Of a stretch of DNA of 64,000 nucleotides, positions 24,907 to 37,824 are shown piece after piece (the stretch's first letter is position 1; each line of letters begins with the position of its first letter). Source of the stretch: Lophium mytilinum (lineage: Eukaryota); assembly GCA_010093605.1 (NCBI GenBank), contig MU004185.1, positions 2,005,334-2,069,333 on the forward strand. Direction: 5' to 3'. Below the pieces are notes generated by a model. That model was not told where the DNA came from. It was given only the letters and a program-made list of their open reading frames with translations, and did not search any database. The translations under genes were made by a program, and so were the position numbers.

Positions 24907-25757
24907 TTACTGAACAACGCACTTCCGGGAAGCCTTCTTAGTCTTATCGAAGTCTTCCTTCTTAGTCTCATAGATGTCATCCTCCGGGCTCCAGATGCCT
25001 CGCTCTTTGGGGGTCAGTTTCGGCAACTCATCTTTATCTCTTTCCTCGTCGACCGGGGCCTCGAACAAATCGCTTAGATGATCCTTGGGCAAACTTTCAT
25101 CCATCCCTCGAAGCGCGTCCTTGATCTGTTCAACAGTCTCGGGCTTCGCCACATACTTTATCCCTGTCCCCTTCTCAACCCTCAGCCTCGTTGACAGAAT
25201 ATCAACACCAGCCGAGTCGTCTCCAGCCGCAGGTGAGTACAACACAAGCCATTGAGAGCGCCAATCGCCACGAACTTCACCTGCACAACTCAACGTCAGA
25301 CATCGATACCCCTTCAAAAGTCCCCCTACTACTGATGGAAGCATCACTAACCCGAAGAATCCGCAATCCCATACTCCGTCTCCTTCATCCAGCCCTGCAA
25401 ACTCCCCTCCTTCCCCGTCCCGAGCACGACATAGCGATCCTCGATAGCATCAGCGGGTACGCGCAATCGCTTCACCTCCTCTCGATCCACCGCTTGCCAT
25501 GACCATTCTAGCTCTGTTGCCTGGGCATCTTCTTGCTTCGCTTTTACCCAGCACAACCGCACATTCCGCTTCCCTCTCCAGCGCTCATGCGTCGAATGCG
25601 AGAGATACCAGGTCCCCCATCCAAAGGGTACCTTCGATGACTGTGGAGAAAGAGAACTCGCTGAGTCACCCGGTGCGCGAAGCGTCACGTACGGTGGTCT
25701 ACCGCGCTCGGCGTTGGGGAAGGGGTCTTCTGATCCGTTCCAGAAGCGAGCTTTCAT
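24907..25757 (-). CDS. Calycin/lipocalin-like fungal protein (2 exons)
   Basis: GTWYLSHST...KRNVR and AGVDILST resemble a fungal lipocalin-like family. Intron 25281-25351 (GTTAGT...CTGAC...TGCAG) joins the two ORFs in frame. Confidence 0.6.
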
Positions 25758-26349
25758 GTTGCTTTGCTCTTGGCGAAGAGTAGGTAGGGATCGTAAGGAA
25801 GCGTGTGGGGTTGGGGTGAGGGCAAGGATGCTGGAATAGGGTTTTTTAAGTGTCCGAGTCCATGGGTCCCTCCGCCGTGGGTGCGGGGCCGTTCGCTAAA
25901 ACCCTGTTGCGGGAGCTGGGTTAGGAGGGGGATGGACGACGACACGCTTACTTGGGATCGTATAGAGGTGCGGTGAGCCGCACTGCTAATCTATTTTAGT
26001 GGGGATGGGAATTGATACGATCATCTTCTAAGACAACCAAGAGACTAGCTTGTTCATAGGCCCCTTCGCCCCTCCACACCAAAGTTATTTGCTTTTCCAC
26101 TCAGCTCAGTCTATACGCATGCGTGTACTTCTACAAGAGGAAATCATTATCCGTGGACACCCTCCTAGGAGACATGTCCTACCCCCTAGACCTCAAAAAG
26201 GTAAGATAAAAGGCCCGGCCCATCAAATGCTGCGTTTGATACTCACTCGCCGACATCGCAGGATGTCCCTACTTCGCTCCTCACGGTCTGCGAGTTTGGT
26301 AAGTCTTTCGCACTTGATCTTTCCGGTCTGAACTTTGACACTAACCCTG

Positions 26350-27056
26350 ACAGGCAGATACGAGGACATAGACGGCACAACACTGCCATTGACTGCTCCA
26401 AGACGATCTGGATAATGGCAACCAACCTCGGGAATCCCTTATCGAAACGTTCTACGTGAACAAATTGGAGGAGAAGTCTGACGAGGAGCGCGACAAAGTT
26501 CCCATAAATCCTTTGCAAGACAACCTGAAAAACTCTTCAGCCAGCATTGGAAGGTACGTTATCATCCTAGACCGCAGAACATAGATAGCGGCAAAGGATA
26601 AAAGCTAACATTTATTAGCCTGCTCTTACGAGCCGAATAAAATTAGTGGTCCTGATCTTTCCCTTCAGTCGGGGCGAAGCTGCGGTCGTCACCCACAAGT
26701 TCTTTTTGGACCTGTTCGATCATGTTACGTAGGACGTTGTAGTAAAGACAGCACCCCATCACTGGGTGGGACATTGCCACTTGACTGCGAAGCAGACAGA
26801 AGTCTGCGAGCACATTGCTAAAGAAAAGTACGACTGGGCATTCGGCGCCCGAGTGCTCGGAGACGCGGTCGCTGATATTAAGAGTAATCTTTGTATCTCA
26901 TACACCGGGCTTGGTCCAGATGAAGAGATCTTCGAAGGAACAAACGGGGGCCCCTTGCAGAGGTTCGAAGTCCAACTTCGCCCAAAAGAGGAAGGCAGTT
27001 CAGAGATCGTCGTGTTACCTAAGGGGCAAATCGTGCTGCCAGTGGAATGGAAGTAG
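26350..27056 (+). pseudogene. Disrupted ClpA/B-like AAA+ ATPase fragment
   Basis: Pieces IDCSKTIWIMATNLG, FPFSRGEAAVVTHKF and VCEHIAKEKYDWAFGARVL resemble the C-terminal part of fungal ClpB-like AAA+ proteins. Frameshifts and an in-frame TAG; no Walker A part seen. Confidence 0.55.
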
Positions 27057-27356
27057 ACTGGATTGCGTAGAAGCTAGGACGGGTGGCGGCGACGGTGGAC
27101 TGTCTATGATTTAGCCTTTCTGGTAATATAGAAACGAACTCTGTTGAATGCTGAACCATCCCTACATCCTTCCCTTCCTGTGCTGTTCCCCCTGCCTGTC
27201 TAACTATTCGAATGCAATAAGCCAAAAAACTTCCAGGATCCAGGAATATCATAGAAGACTCTAGAAGCTTGCAAGTGCCCTTTGACTCCGCCCAAACATG
27301 CCGTCGCTCAGATCCATGTAACTCGACCTAGCCCACTCATCTTACCACCTGACGAA

Positions 27357-28232
27357 CACGTGCCTGATCACACGCGCCATGTTTTCTGGCTTCCTCAAGG
27401 TATAAATACCCCTCATCTCCATGGGCCCTCCTCCGTCGTCCAGGGAGGCAATGGCAAGTGTGCAAACGACGGTAGAACACGAGCCGATGGCTTTCGTGGT
27501 AGATTCTGCAAAACTGACCGAAAATGTTCAACATGGCTGGGCTGGGCTCGCGGTGTGGGGTACCGAAACGTCAGGGAGAACAACAAAATGGATCGTGGGT
27601 GCGGTGTGGGAGAATCAAAACGCATGCTTCAGCAGCTCATGGTTCGCGGTGCTCTTTTGGGGATGTAGGGCCGCGAATGCAGTGATGATGACCCCCTCCA
27701 CTCAGACTAGACATCCACATCATCGTACTAACAGGGCACCTTCAAGCGATTTCTCCAGCTCACTGCCAGCATCTTCGACCCATCGAGCTGCACGCCATCA
27801 TCATCTCCGCCTCTCGACCCACCACTCCATGGTATCCCTTGATGCGCACAGTTGATCCAACCACCACTGCCCCACATATGACACTAAAGACCGTGGTTTG
27901 CCAGACAACGACTCCATGAAGTGCCGGCAAAACTCCTGTTGATCAAACCCACACCACCACATCCTTCTTTTCCTTCACTATCTTCGCACCACAAGCAGAT
28001 CCATCGTCAAGCATCATGCCTCGCGATGTTGCACCACTGCAACCACCATGACCATTTGCTATCGTACTTTTCCACTCAAACACATGTGACCTGTCCCTTG
28101 TGTCTTTTCAGACTGCTTCCTCCGACCCGACCATGATGAAGAAACGAGCGGGAGTCGCTGCTTAAATACATGAAGGGAAGAGTAGATGTTGGGTGCTTAG
28201 TCAGATTCACGTGGCCGATAGGCATCCACGTG
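27357..28232. other. Convergent-promoter non-coding cassette 4
   Basis: + module: CACGTG 27357, TATAAATA 27401, GGAGG 27444. - module: CACGTG 28208 and 28227, GCTTAGTCA 28195, TATTTAAG from 28168, GGAGGA from 28123. Confidence 0.5.
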
Positions 28233-28743
28233 ATACCTAATGCTCGGACTGGGTAGGGAGTAGAAGGGAAGCTGGTAAGTAGGTAGTGGAGGGACCTTCA
28301 AAGCAAGGCTCAACTGAAAGATGCTGCAGGTATGTCACGAGGACATGGTATATGCGTACAAGCGGCCACAAGGACGCCTATCCAGAAGAAAGTGGACCCA
28401 TTTCATTGAACGACACGTAGAAGAAGCAATTAGGAAAGAGACGTTGGGAATGAGAGTTCCTACAACACGGACGGCTTCGATAGGACTTTACATTCGTCCC
28501 ATGTCCGCTGCGTGGGGAAGCCTTTTGCGACTACTCTGCGTGCGAAAGTAGACTGATATTCCTCCTCACATCTAGTGGGTAGCGAATGTACACATTCACT
28601 AAAATTCAACTCGCACCTATTGCTGATCCTTAAATTGCATCCGGAGACTTCAAAGTCAACACTCCGAAGACTTTGAACGTTAACACCTCAGTGTATACAT
28701 ATTTATGCTACGGTACTGTATCCATGACTCTGTGAAGTACCAC

Positions 28744-30199
28744 CTACTGCTTCTCATTCTGCGCGTAAATGAAGTTGGCGCCTAAGGATGTTGATTAGCT
28801 TCATGGACATGCCCGAGAAACAAAAGAAACCGCAACCGCAACCGCAACCAGCAATCTCCTCATCTTCCCTGTCTCGCATCAGGAGCATTTCTCCTTGACC
28901 TCGACAACTGACTCCATGGGCTGGACTTCTGGTGCTTCCTCAACTCTCTTCGTGACAGAGACTTCAGAGGTTTGGGTAGTAGTAGTTGAGGGACGCGAAG
29001 ACGACATCCTTCCATCTGCAAGTCCCTGAATGAAGCCCACTACCTTCCATGGGAGCTTATACACGTCTTTCAAGCACTTGAATGCCTCCTTTGCGTTGTC
29101 CCTTACCGTCGTCCCGCCCAAGCTTTTTATACTCGATGCCAGCATGGCGCTCAACCCATTTAAGATGATCATCATAATTAAGTATAGAGTGGGCCAGTAA
29201 AGTCTGTCCCACGCCACACACGCAAGCAAACCCATCAGGAGTAGCATTGACACGATGTAGACCGAGACATTGTCGCAATTAAACCAATAGAGAGCTGTAT
29301 ACTGACCGACAGTGATAAGTCCATTCAGCCCCGCCCACCAGGCAGCACCGAATCCCTGGGTGTCGCTTCCCCAGTGCTGGCGGTCGCTCGGTTTGGTGAG
29401 ATTGAGGGGTTCCGTAGTCCCGTTCTTCGGTGCAAAGACGAGGAAGACATATCGGTGTTTTCCGGTCTTGGGCGGAGGTCCGGGTGCTTTGTACGGCATG
29501 ATGGTTTCGGTCTTGTTGGCAGCCTGGAAGGCTTAGACATTGAACATTGGCAAATGGAAGACATCTCGAAGAAAATTTAAGACATATGAAGGAAGTCGAG
29601 ACGAATGAACGTAACGGAAGAAGAAGGAAGATCATACCCCAGCAACAATCCAATGGCACATCTCACTCCACTTCGGATTCTTTCTGGACGGCGCATCCGG
29701 ATCCGTGAGTGCAATGACATACGTCATGTTCTTCTTGTCTCCCAGATTCAGCATATCCAGGAGAGTAGAGCCATCCCCACCCTTCAGCGTAACCGTGGGC
29801 TCGTCTTGCACGTGCTTGACCTTAAGGACATTGCCCAGCTCGGCGTCCTTCTTGGGCCAAGAGACATCGAGGGTGACGATGGGGCAGAAGTCGTCGATGA
29901 CTGGATTATTAAATGAGTGGGTCTTAAGGGTTGAGATAGGATAAATACCTGTCGGGATGATCTCTGCTTCCTTAAGGCTGCGTATTCGTTAGCGCGGTGA
30001 GGAGAACAGATGGAAGCTCGACATTGGGAAGAAAGAAACGAAGTGAAGTATGGGCGACGTCTTACGCATCTCGCACGCTCGAAAGGCTTCCATCAATCTC
30101 CTCGTTCAGTGGCTGTTGATCCGTTGGAAACGCATGACTGAACGCGGACAGCTGAAGCAGGTGCACGAAGAGAAGGCCGAAAGAGAGATAGCAGCGCAT
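28744..30199 (-). CDS. Secreted phosphatidylethanolamine-binding protein (PEBP/Tfs1-like)
   Basis: Signal peptide MRCYLSFGLLFVHLLQLSAFSHA; LTDPDAPSRKNPKWSEMCHW and GPPPKTGKHRYVFL; last exon GANFIYAQNEKQ* after the 525-nt intron 28782-29306. Confidence 0.88.
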
Positions 30200-30712
30200 T
30201 GTCGGTGATGCTAGAACTCAACAGCCTCAAACATAGCGTCAAAAGAAAGTTCGCTTGCCAATTGGGGCACAACGATGGTGCTTTGGAGAGGTTGGCAAAG
30301 AGGAAAACAAAGCCATCGGATTCCGAAAATGCCATATTGTGAAGTGCATCGTTCCTCCCCGCAATCATTTCGTCATCCGCAGATCACCCCTGCCTACATT
30401 AATTGCACAGCATTGCACATTTCATTTTTACAGTAGAATACACGCACTTCTCTCATTCAACATCAGCACCACCGTCTATGTAACAGCTCTCAACTAGAAA
30501 TGAGCCGCGAATCAACGCCCTAACCCTCCTCCTACCCCAATCTCCAGGGCGGGCCAAAAGAGCAGAAAAAAGCCGGTGATTAGAGGTCCGCAGCAGCTGT
30601 AGCGACCGCCTCCAACGCCAGCAGGAGGAACCAAGTGGAATGATGATGACTATGCACAATATGATCCTACAGTGAAAATACACATCCTTCCCCGTCCAGA
30701 TGAGCGCTCGAC

Positions 30713-33311
30713 CTATAGCACCTCGCCGACAATCTTCGCAGCCTCCTTGTACGTTTTGAGGAGCTTCTCGCATTTCTCGCGCTCCGCTTTGATGGTATCG
30801 TCCTCGTAGAGAAGTTCTTGGAAGAGGTCTTCCTTGTAGAGATGGCTGACGAGGCGGTTTTGAACTACGTCTTTGGAGTGGTTGACAAGGAGGTGCATGA
30901 CGGCTTTCGGAACCTGGTCGGCGATAGTCTCACGGACAATGTTGAAGTAGGATGAGATGAGGCGCCGAATGAGTTCGGTTTCGAGGGCCTCGCGCTCGGT
31001 GAGGGCAGGCGGTGCGTCTTCTTGGGGCTGCTGTGGGACTATTAGTCTCATATGTAAACAACGTCGACATTAGGTTACTTACGAAGGGGGTATAAGGACT
31101 ATCGTAATCTCGAGATGATAGATCGTACTCATCTGGCACTATCTCCAGGATGTGTCTATCCGGCTGACGAGTATCCCCTCTACGGAAACTCGCCGAGATA
31201 CTTGGTTCGACATTGGAGCTTACTGATCGGCTCACCGGACGATCGGAAGACGACGACATTTGAGGTGGTGCGCTTGATGGCATCTGGCCCTCTTTGCCAA
31301 AGAAGTAATTTAGGAAGCTGTCTCGAGTACCGCCCTGCTGACTGAAAGTCGGAGAGCGTGAATGAGCTCCGTTCAGTTGACCTGCAATACCGTAAGATCC
31401 GTTCGCAAGACGGCCAACTGCTGGAGACATACTCCTGCTAGATTTGGGGTTGTGACCGCGAATGGGGATTCCAGCTTTCTTCTCTGCAACGCCCTCTTCC
31501 CCATTTTCTTCTTGAAGGCCGTCGCCGTTTATGCTTAGTTCTTTCATCCGCCTCATTTCTCGCCTCTTCCTCTCCTCGGCTGCTGCCATCTGCTTTTCGC
31601 GCTCCTGCTTATCATTGATCACGGACGACATGGCAGCGGCGGCTCCTAGGAAGTTGGGGTGGTTCGTGTTGATATATGCGCGCTGAATGTCAATGAGAGA
31701 CGCAACATACGAAGAGGATGGCCCGAGTTGCTCGCGAAGAAGGTCGGACACAACTTCAATCAACTTTCCTTGCAGGCGAGGGTATCGGCTAAGCTCGGTA
31801 GATCCACAAGTGTGGCAGATCTTGATCAGTTCTTCGTAGACAAGCTCCACACATCGCTGACTGGGGATTTCCAAGAGTTTGATTTGTGGTTTCACAAGCA
31901 GGTCAAAGGCTAATTCTGGCACGAACAAGCTTGGCCTGGGTCCGGTCGAATTTCGAATTGCTGTCCGGATATCGAGGACGGAGAGGTTTGTCGTGGGATC
32001 AATGGTTTCCAAAGAGTTGCCGAATACCGAGTTGAAGATGTAGTATATCCTCGCACCTCCACATAATTCCTTGGTTGAGATCTCTGCCGATGTACCGTCG
32101 ATTGAGGAGATGAAGGAGGATGCGAAGCGGGTCATGAGCTGAAGGATCAGGGAGCCACGATGTTCCTTTCCGGTAAATGCAACATCTCCGTAACTGGCCA
32201 GCTCTTGTTGCGTTTGACCCATCAGAGTGTTCAAGCGAGCTTTGATATCCGGTAGTCGATCTCGAATGTGGGTCATGAGAGTGGTGTTAAGACTCTTCGC
32301 TAGAAACTGGGTTCCACATCGACTGGCCATGTTCCTGTATGCGGGGTGGTGCTTGAAAAAGTCGCGTTCTGCTCCTAGAGCCTCTGCCAAAGATTTGTTG
32401 CCCTGAATATCCTGTTGGGACCGGTTCACTACTCCAATAAAGCCCAGCTTCAACGGGTACACACGTCCTTGCAGAATATCCAATGCGTTTGTTCCGTGGT
32501 CCATGAGATCGATTTTGGTGAGGACGCCGATCGTTCTCCTACCCATGGGATCCACATGCCGGGCGAGCTTGAGTGCTTCCGAATTAACGATATCGACATT
32601 TGCGGGTGACACTGCCAAAATTATACTGTTGGGTTTAGCAATATACTCGGAGATGAGGTTTCGGGTCTGTTTCTCGATGTCTGATGGCTGGTCGCCGATG
32701 GGGACCTAGAAAGTGGGTGTTAGCGTCGTCTAGAAATTTTGCACAGGCTATGGCAACAAACTTTTGTCAGACCAGGCAGATCAACCAGCGTCAAACTGAG
32801 AACGTGAGGAGAGTAGATCTTCAGATTTATGGGCTGTCGGTTGATGCCCTTGTTGTTCCCTGCTATGCGCGCTGTCTCGTTCTCGATCTCCCGCTTGACC
32901 TCGGAAAAGTCGTAGAATCGGCGGCCGGATATGTGATGGAATTCCGCCCATTCTTGCTGGCCCGCGACGCTGGCGGGAGTATGGGGTATGTGCACTTCAT
33001 CCTCCTCTGGCTTGTCGTCGCGCTCGCTAGGTACGTTGATGAGTTGAAGGATGAGTGGCCGCCGAGTAACGATGCCGCTTCCACGAGGTAGAAAGTCTCG
33101 ACCAACAATGTTCTCAAGCACCGAGGACTTTCCAGATGACTGCGATCCGACGACCACCTGTTACAGACTGTCAGTATAGGCGCGGCATTCCCGAGACTCG
33201 TGGGGGGCGTACAATTTGCGGCAAGTCCAAGGAGTCGTTTCCGATGGTGTTGAAGACCAAGTCCTGCAACTTGTTCACTATGCCGAGCAAGTCTTCGCCC
33301 AGCGCTGCCAT
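30713..33311 (-). CDS. DNM1: Dynamin-related GTPase Dnm1 (mitochondrial fission)
   Basis: [17 protein letters not shown] and TKID motifs, middle domain, insert B with [11 protein letters not shown]. Confidence 0.95.
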
Positions 33312-34199
33312 TTTGATGATGGTGGATGTCGAAAAAGCGGCCGACTCCTGATAGCTGGGACTTTCTTCCGCGTAAACAAGGCCGAGAGGCAAGGAGGCAA
33401 ACAAAGCCTCCGAGGGAGTAAGGGAATAGTAGCTATGAGTGGGGTCTGTGAGAAGAGGAAGATGCCGGTATGACGTTGGGCACACCGTACGGTGAATGTC
33501 AATGCCACGGGGAGGTACGGGGTGAGTCTTGTGCCTGTCCTGGCTGGTGACGACGGTTCCAACTCAAGAATCTCTTTGGGTGCGCTAGCAAAAACGGGTT
33601 ATTTGAAATCAATGCCGAGGGCAACCCGGTAACCCTTATCTATCCTACTCTAGAGCACATACCAGTTTAACACCGTCTGAGGTAGCCTGGAGCGCTATTA
33701 GGTGTGCCAAAGCTGGTACTTCATGAATAGCAATAGCATACTGAAGGGCCTCTAACGGTGCTAAACAATCATAAAAGTATTGGATATACTTCACAATTTG
33801 TAGATTACAAATTTCTACTGCTACTTATCTACTACGCTTCTTATAGCTGTACTACCTAGTAGGTCTAGTAGGTGCAACTGTCTGCCACTGCTTAGAGTAC
33901 TTCAAGAAGTTATAATATAGTGAGGGCTGCCTTCACGTGGTCAATCTCAGCCAATCAGCGAACACAGACCACCGGGAGGTATCTCCGTGTTTGAGAGGTC
34001 ATTCATTTGGTTCAACCTGCAGAAACACGGACAGGGGATGCTGTGCTGCTGACTGGAGTTTCGCGAAGACGAGATGAACTTAGAATTGGTATAATCTGGG
34101 ATATCAGGTTATACTCGAGAAGAGCCCTCAAGTCCCGTACCCACCAAACGCTAAGGTCTCAACATGCAGCGCTCGCTCATTACCATTCCTTCACCACAG

Positions 34200-35066
34200 C
34201 TACCCTAACCTCGACGGTACCCTCGTCACATCCACCCCAGTCTTCTCAGCGACATCCCAAATAGCATCAACCACTCTTTCCACATCCTTACTCTTAATCG
34301 GTATCCGATGATTCCCATCCCACTCCAGCAACGTCGCCGTACCAGGCGCACAATACTGCTCCAACAACCTCCGATGCAAATGCAGCCCCTCATCCGCCAA
34401 CCCATGCACATGCACCGTCGGCGTCCTCAACACCGCCTCCTCATCCACCTCCCCCACAAACTCAAACCCCTCACTAATCTCCGCCGCCGACACGAGCGCC
34501 TTACTCGACAGCAACTCCGGCTGCCCCGGACACAGATTCGCCAGCGGCGCGCGCCCCGCCATGAGTATCCCAAACCGCCAGCGTATACCCGCGTCCTCCA
34601 ACAGCCCCGGCGCCAGATCGTCCCCCGTCGTCTGCGCCTGCCGGATCCGCGCCTCCTGCTCGAGCAGCATCGACGCAGCCAGTTTCGCGCCCTGCGAGAA
34701 CCCAACTAGTCCAACCCACTCCCCCGTCGCGTGCTTCGCGTCGTCGGCCGCCATTGCGCTGCGGATCGCGTAGCTGATCTCGTCGACGGCGCTTTCGGCG
34801 TCGATGTCGGAGTGCTCGGGCAGCCAGCGCAGCCAGCGGCGGAAGGGCGCGTGCGAGGTGTAGACGGGGATGATGGCGTGGTGGGGGTCGCAGAAGAAGG
34901 GGCCGTCGGCGAAGACGAGGCGGAAGGAGGGGCGGAGGTAGCGCATGAAAGAGCGGGCTTGGGCTTCGAAGATGGAGGCCGTGACGCCGCCGCCGTGGAG
35001 GCAGAGGAGGCGCGGGAGGGTGAGGTCTTCTTCTAGCGGCGGTGGTGCTGTGAGATGGGGGGCCAT
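34200..35066 (-). CDS. FSH1/DUF341 serine hydrolase (LovG/CtnB-like esterase)
   Basis: LCLHGGG, GFSQG nucleophile elbow, PTVHVHGLAD, WDGNHRIP; single exon. Confidence 0.9.
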   Translation of the reverse strand: MAPHLTAPPPLEEDLTLPRLLCLHGGGVTASIFEAQARSFMRYLRPSFRLVFADGPFFCDPHHAIIPVYTSHAPFRRWLRWLPEHSDIDAESAVDEISYAIRSAMAADDAKHATGEWVGLVGFSQGAKLAASMLLEQEARIRQAQTTGDDLAPGLLEDAGIRWRFGILMAGRAPLANLCPGQPELLSSKALVSAAEISEGFEFVGEVDEEAVLRTPTVHVHGLADEGLHLHRRLLEQYCAPGTATLLEWDGNHRIPIKSKDVERVVDAIWDVAEKTGVDVTRVPSRLG

Positions 35067-35569
35067 TGCGGCGGGTGAGGTTGGTAGTGGACCTGATCGG
35101 ATGGTGTTGTTTGATCAGGAAGGGCTCGATGCAGAAGTAGTGTTCGGCAGCTACACGGTAAGCCAAGCTCTTGGTATGAAGAGATTAATGCGCATGACTG
35201 AAGACGAACAAGTGAAGATCAAGTAGAAATAAGACGGCTACAGGTCGGCTTCTGATCCATCCCCTCGGAGTCCGAGACCATCGCCGGGTAGGGCTCGTAA
35301 GGCTGCATCAGAGCCATGGTACAGAAGCTAGTAGGCTATTGGTGTGAGACATAACTAGGCGAGACCTATAAGGCGGCCATTGAGCCTTACCTGCACAGAG
35401 GCTTCTTGGATAGGCCTTCTACGAATGTATGAGTGGTGCTGTGTTCATGGAGGAGGCATGAAGAATAGGACATGTGGGGCCGCACATCCCTGTCTAGCGC
35501 TTTAGCTTCCCGGCGAGATGCTCGCTGTGCATCCTCGCTCTATTCTGCTGACAATATCGATTCAGCATA

Positions 35570-35917
35570 CAGTAAAACCTGGTTATAGTGTTTTCGGGTT
35601 ACAGTGATATTCTCTATAGAGTGATAAATTTCGACTGACCGTGGGCTTTTATATGGGGTATAGTAATAAGCTGGTTACTATAGTATCATAAGCCCCGGCT
35701 CACCAAGATCACTCTAACCAGAGGGGAATTTTGTATGGGCGGGTGGTCCGTGGCACCTTCAACCCCTTCGACCCCCCTTCAAACCCCCCTAATTTCGTGT
35801 TTTTAGGAGGCCTGAAGCTTACCAACCACCAGCACGTGACATTGGATACAGTGATACTCTCTATACAGTGATACGACCCTTCGGCACAAACCGCATCACT
35901 ATAACCAGGTTTTACTG
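35570..35917. mobile_element. Non-autonomous Tc1/mariner-superfamily MITE (348 bp)
   Basis: Perfect 21-bp TIRs CAGTAAAACCTGGTTATAGTG (35570-35590) and its complement (35897-35917); TA on both flanks; internal 26-bp direct repeats 35601-35626 and 35848-35873; no ORF. Confidence 0.92.
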
Positions 35918-36183
35918 TATCAAGTCTCTCATAATCCTTGTATCAGGCCAGCCATCAAGCTGGATGCACTCTCGAAGTGTTGTCAGACGGCTTATATAGA
36001 ATTGCATCGAGACACTGTCTCTGCACGATTGGTATATGTCTACCACCATTTCCAATGCGTCTAAACATGTCTCGAAAAACATGTGATCGGAGGTACCAAA
36101 CCTACCATATATGCAAAAACCCAAAAACCCTCCTAGCCGATGCCCCAACAGCCAAAGCTTAGAGCGATTCCCCAAACCACCCC

Positions 36184-37824
36184 TTACGCCTCCTTACTCT
36201 TATCCTCAGGCACAGGCAACTGCACCGCTCCTCTATCTCCACCCAACCCCAACTGCCTTACCCCCAACTCGTCCACTTGACTCCCCGGCCCCTTCTCCCC
36301 CACCCCCTCCTTCTCAACATCCACCTCCACCGCCCTCGCCTTGAGCTTCTCCACGTCGGGCGGAGCCACCAAATCCCCCACATTCCGCACCACCCTCACC
36401 TCCGCCGCCCGACTCAACCGCAGCCCCCTCTTCCTTTTCCTCTCCTGGTCTGCCTCTTCCCCACTCCCCACGCCCTCCAGCTCCACCCTTTCATCATACG
36501 CCTCCATCTCAACCGCACACGCCGCCGCCGTCTTCGCGAGAACCGCCTGCATGGAAGCCAGGACCTTGCTCGTCGCTTGCGCAAGTGGCAAATGCGCAGC
36601 CGCAACATCGTCCGGCGATTTCCAGGACGCCGTGTTTTGGAGGTTTGCGGCAACGGTGGCTTCGCGGAGGCGGGCTACGGTGAGCGCGGCGAACATGTCG
36701 CCCGTGCCGGAGAAGTAGAGGGAGTGGGCGGGGACGTCGATGCGGAAGAGGCGGGCGGTATGGGTGGAGGTTGCGGTGGAGCCGATTATCGTTAGCGTAT
36801 TAGGGTATTCTTCCTCTTCCGGTTCTTGTTGGGGCGAGGGGTTGGATTCGGACGTTGGCCAGTTGCTGGGATGGGACGTCGCTGCGTCGCGGTCTGGTGT
36901 AGCGGTGCGCGGGGTAGGCGCTGAGGACTGCATGCGTGAAGGCGGTCGAGAGGGGAGGGTTTTGTTTGTCGCGGAGAGGACGAGGGAGGTGATGATTATG
37001 TGGGGGACTTGGTATGTGCGGTGGAGGATCTGGATTGCGGTTCCGAGGGAGGTGAGGTCGGTGATTTTGGTGTCGGAGAGGAGTCTGGTGTCCTTTAGCA
37101 CATGGAGTAAGAGGTTGGTATGGGGATCTTACTCTGCTTCAAATTGGTTCGGGAGTATAAGATCTGCTTCTCGTAGCAGATTCTTATACTGCGGCACCTC
37201 GTCTTCCGGAATGTAAAGTCTGCCTTCATCGCCCATCACCGGGTCCAGAACTGCATCTAGTCAACACTGCCCTCAGATGCATCGGTCCAGCGGAACAACC
37301 TCACCCCAAAAGAATGAGCCTGGCTTGGTTCCGGCATTGAACTTCAGCTCCCTCCCAATCTTTCCTACTGTCTGGACAGCGTCGGCGCTGGGTAGATATC
37401 CGGAGAGTAGGACGTCGAAGTTATTGAGGTCTGACTGCTTAAGCCCGTCGTAGAGATCTTGGATCTGTTCGGCCGTGGTCTTGGTGCCCTTGACCTGTTT
37501 ATAGCCGGTATGGTTGCCTGTGTCGCTGCCAATCAGCCTTTTGCTTGATGTATCGTCTCGAGTTTCGTCCTCGCGTACTGTAGTTGACTGTATTTATCGC
37601 GGATACGTTGCAGCCCAAAGACATGAGGACAAACGACACCATTTTGTTTCCGACATAACTCAAGATTCAATCAGCCCCGGGTCGCTCTAGAGGATACAAT
37701 TGCGCCTACCCGTAAACAACCTCTCAAAGTTAGCAATTGCAGACCTCCGGAGCTTCATCAACAGCCTTACATGACTAGCAATGGCGAGAACGCGTGTCTC
37801 TGGGACCGCAGGCCCTGAAGCCAT
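36184..37824 (-). CDS. BUD16: Pyridoxal kinase Bud16-like
   Basis: [45 protein letters not shown]; several short introns and an 11-nt microexon. Confidence 0.92.

Noticed and set aside
33540..33920. TpA-rich stretch suggesting a RIP-degraded repeat
   Set aside because: No terminal repeats or coding remnants to assign it.
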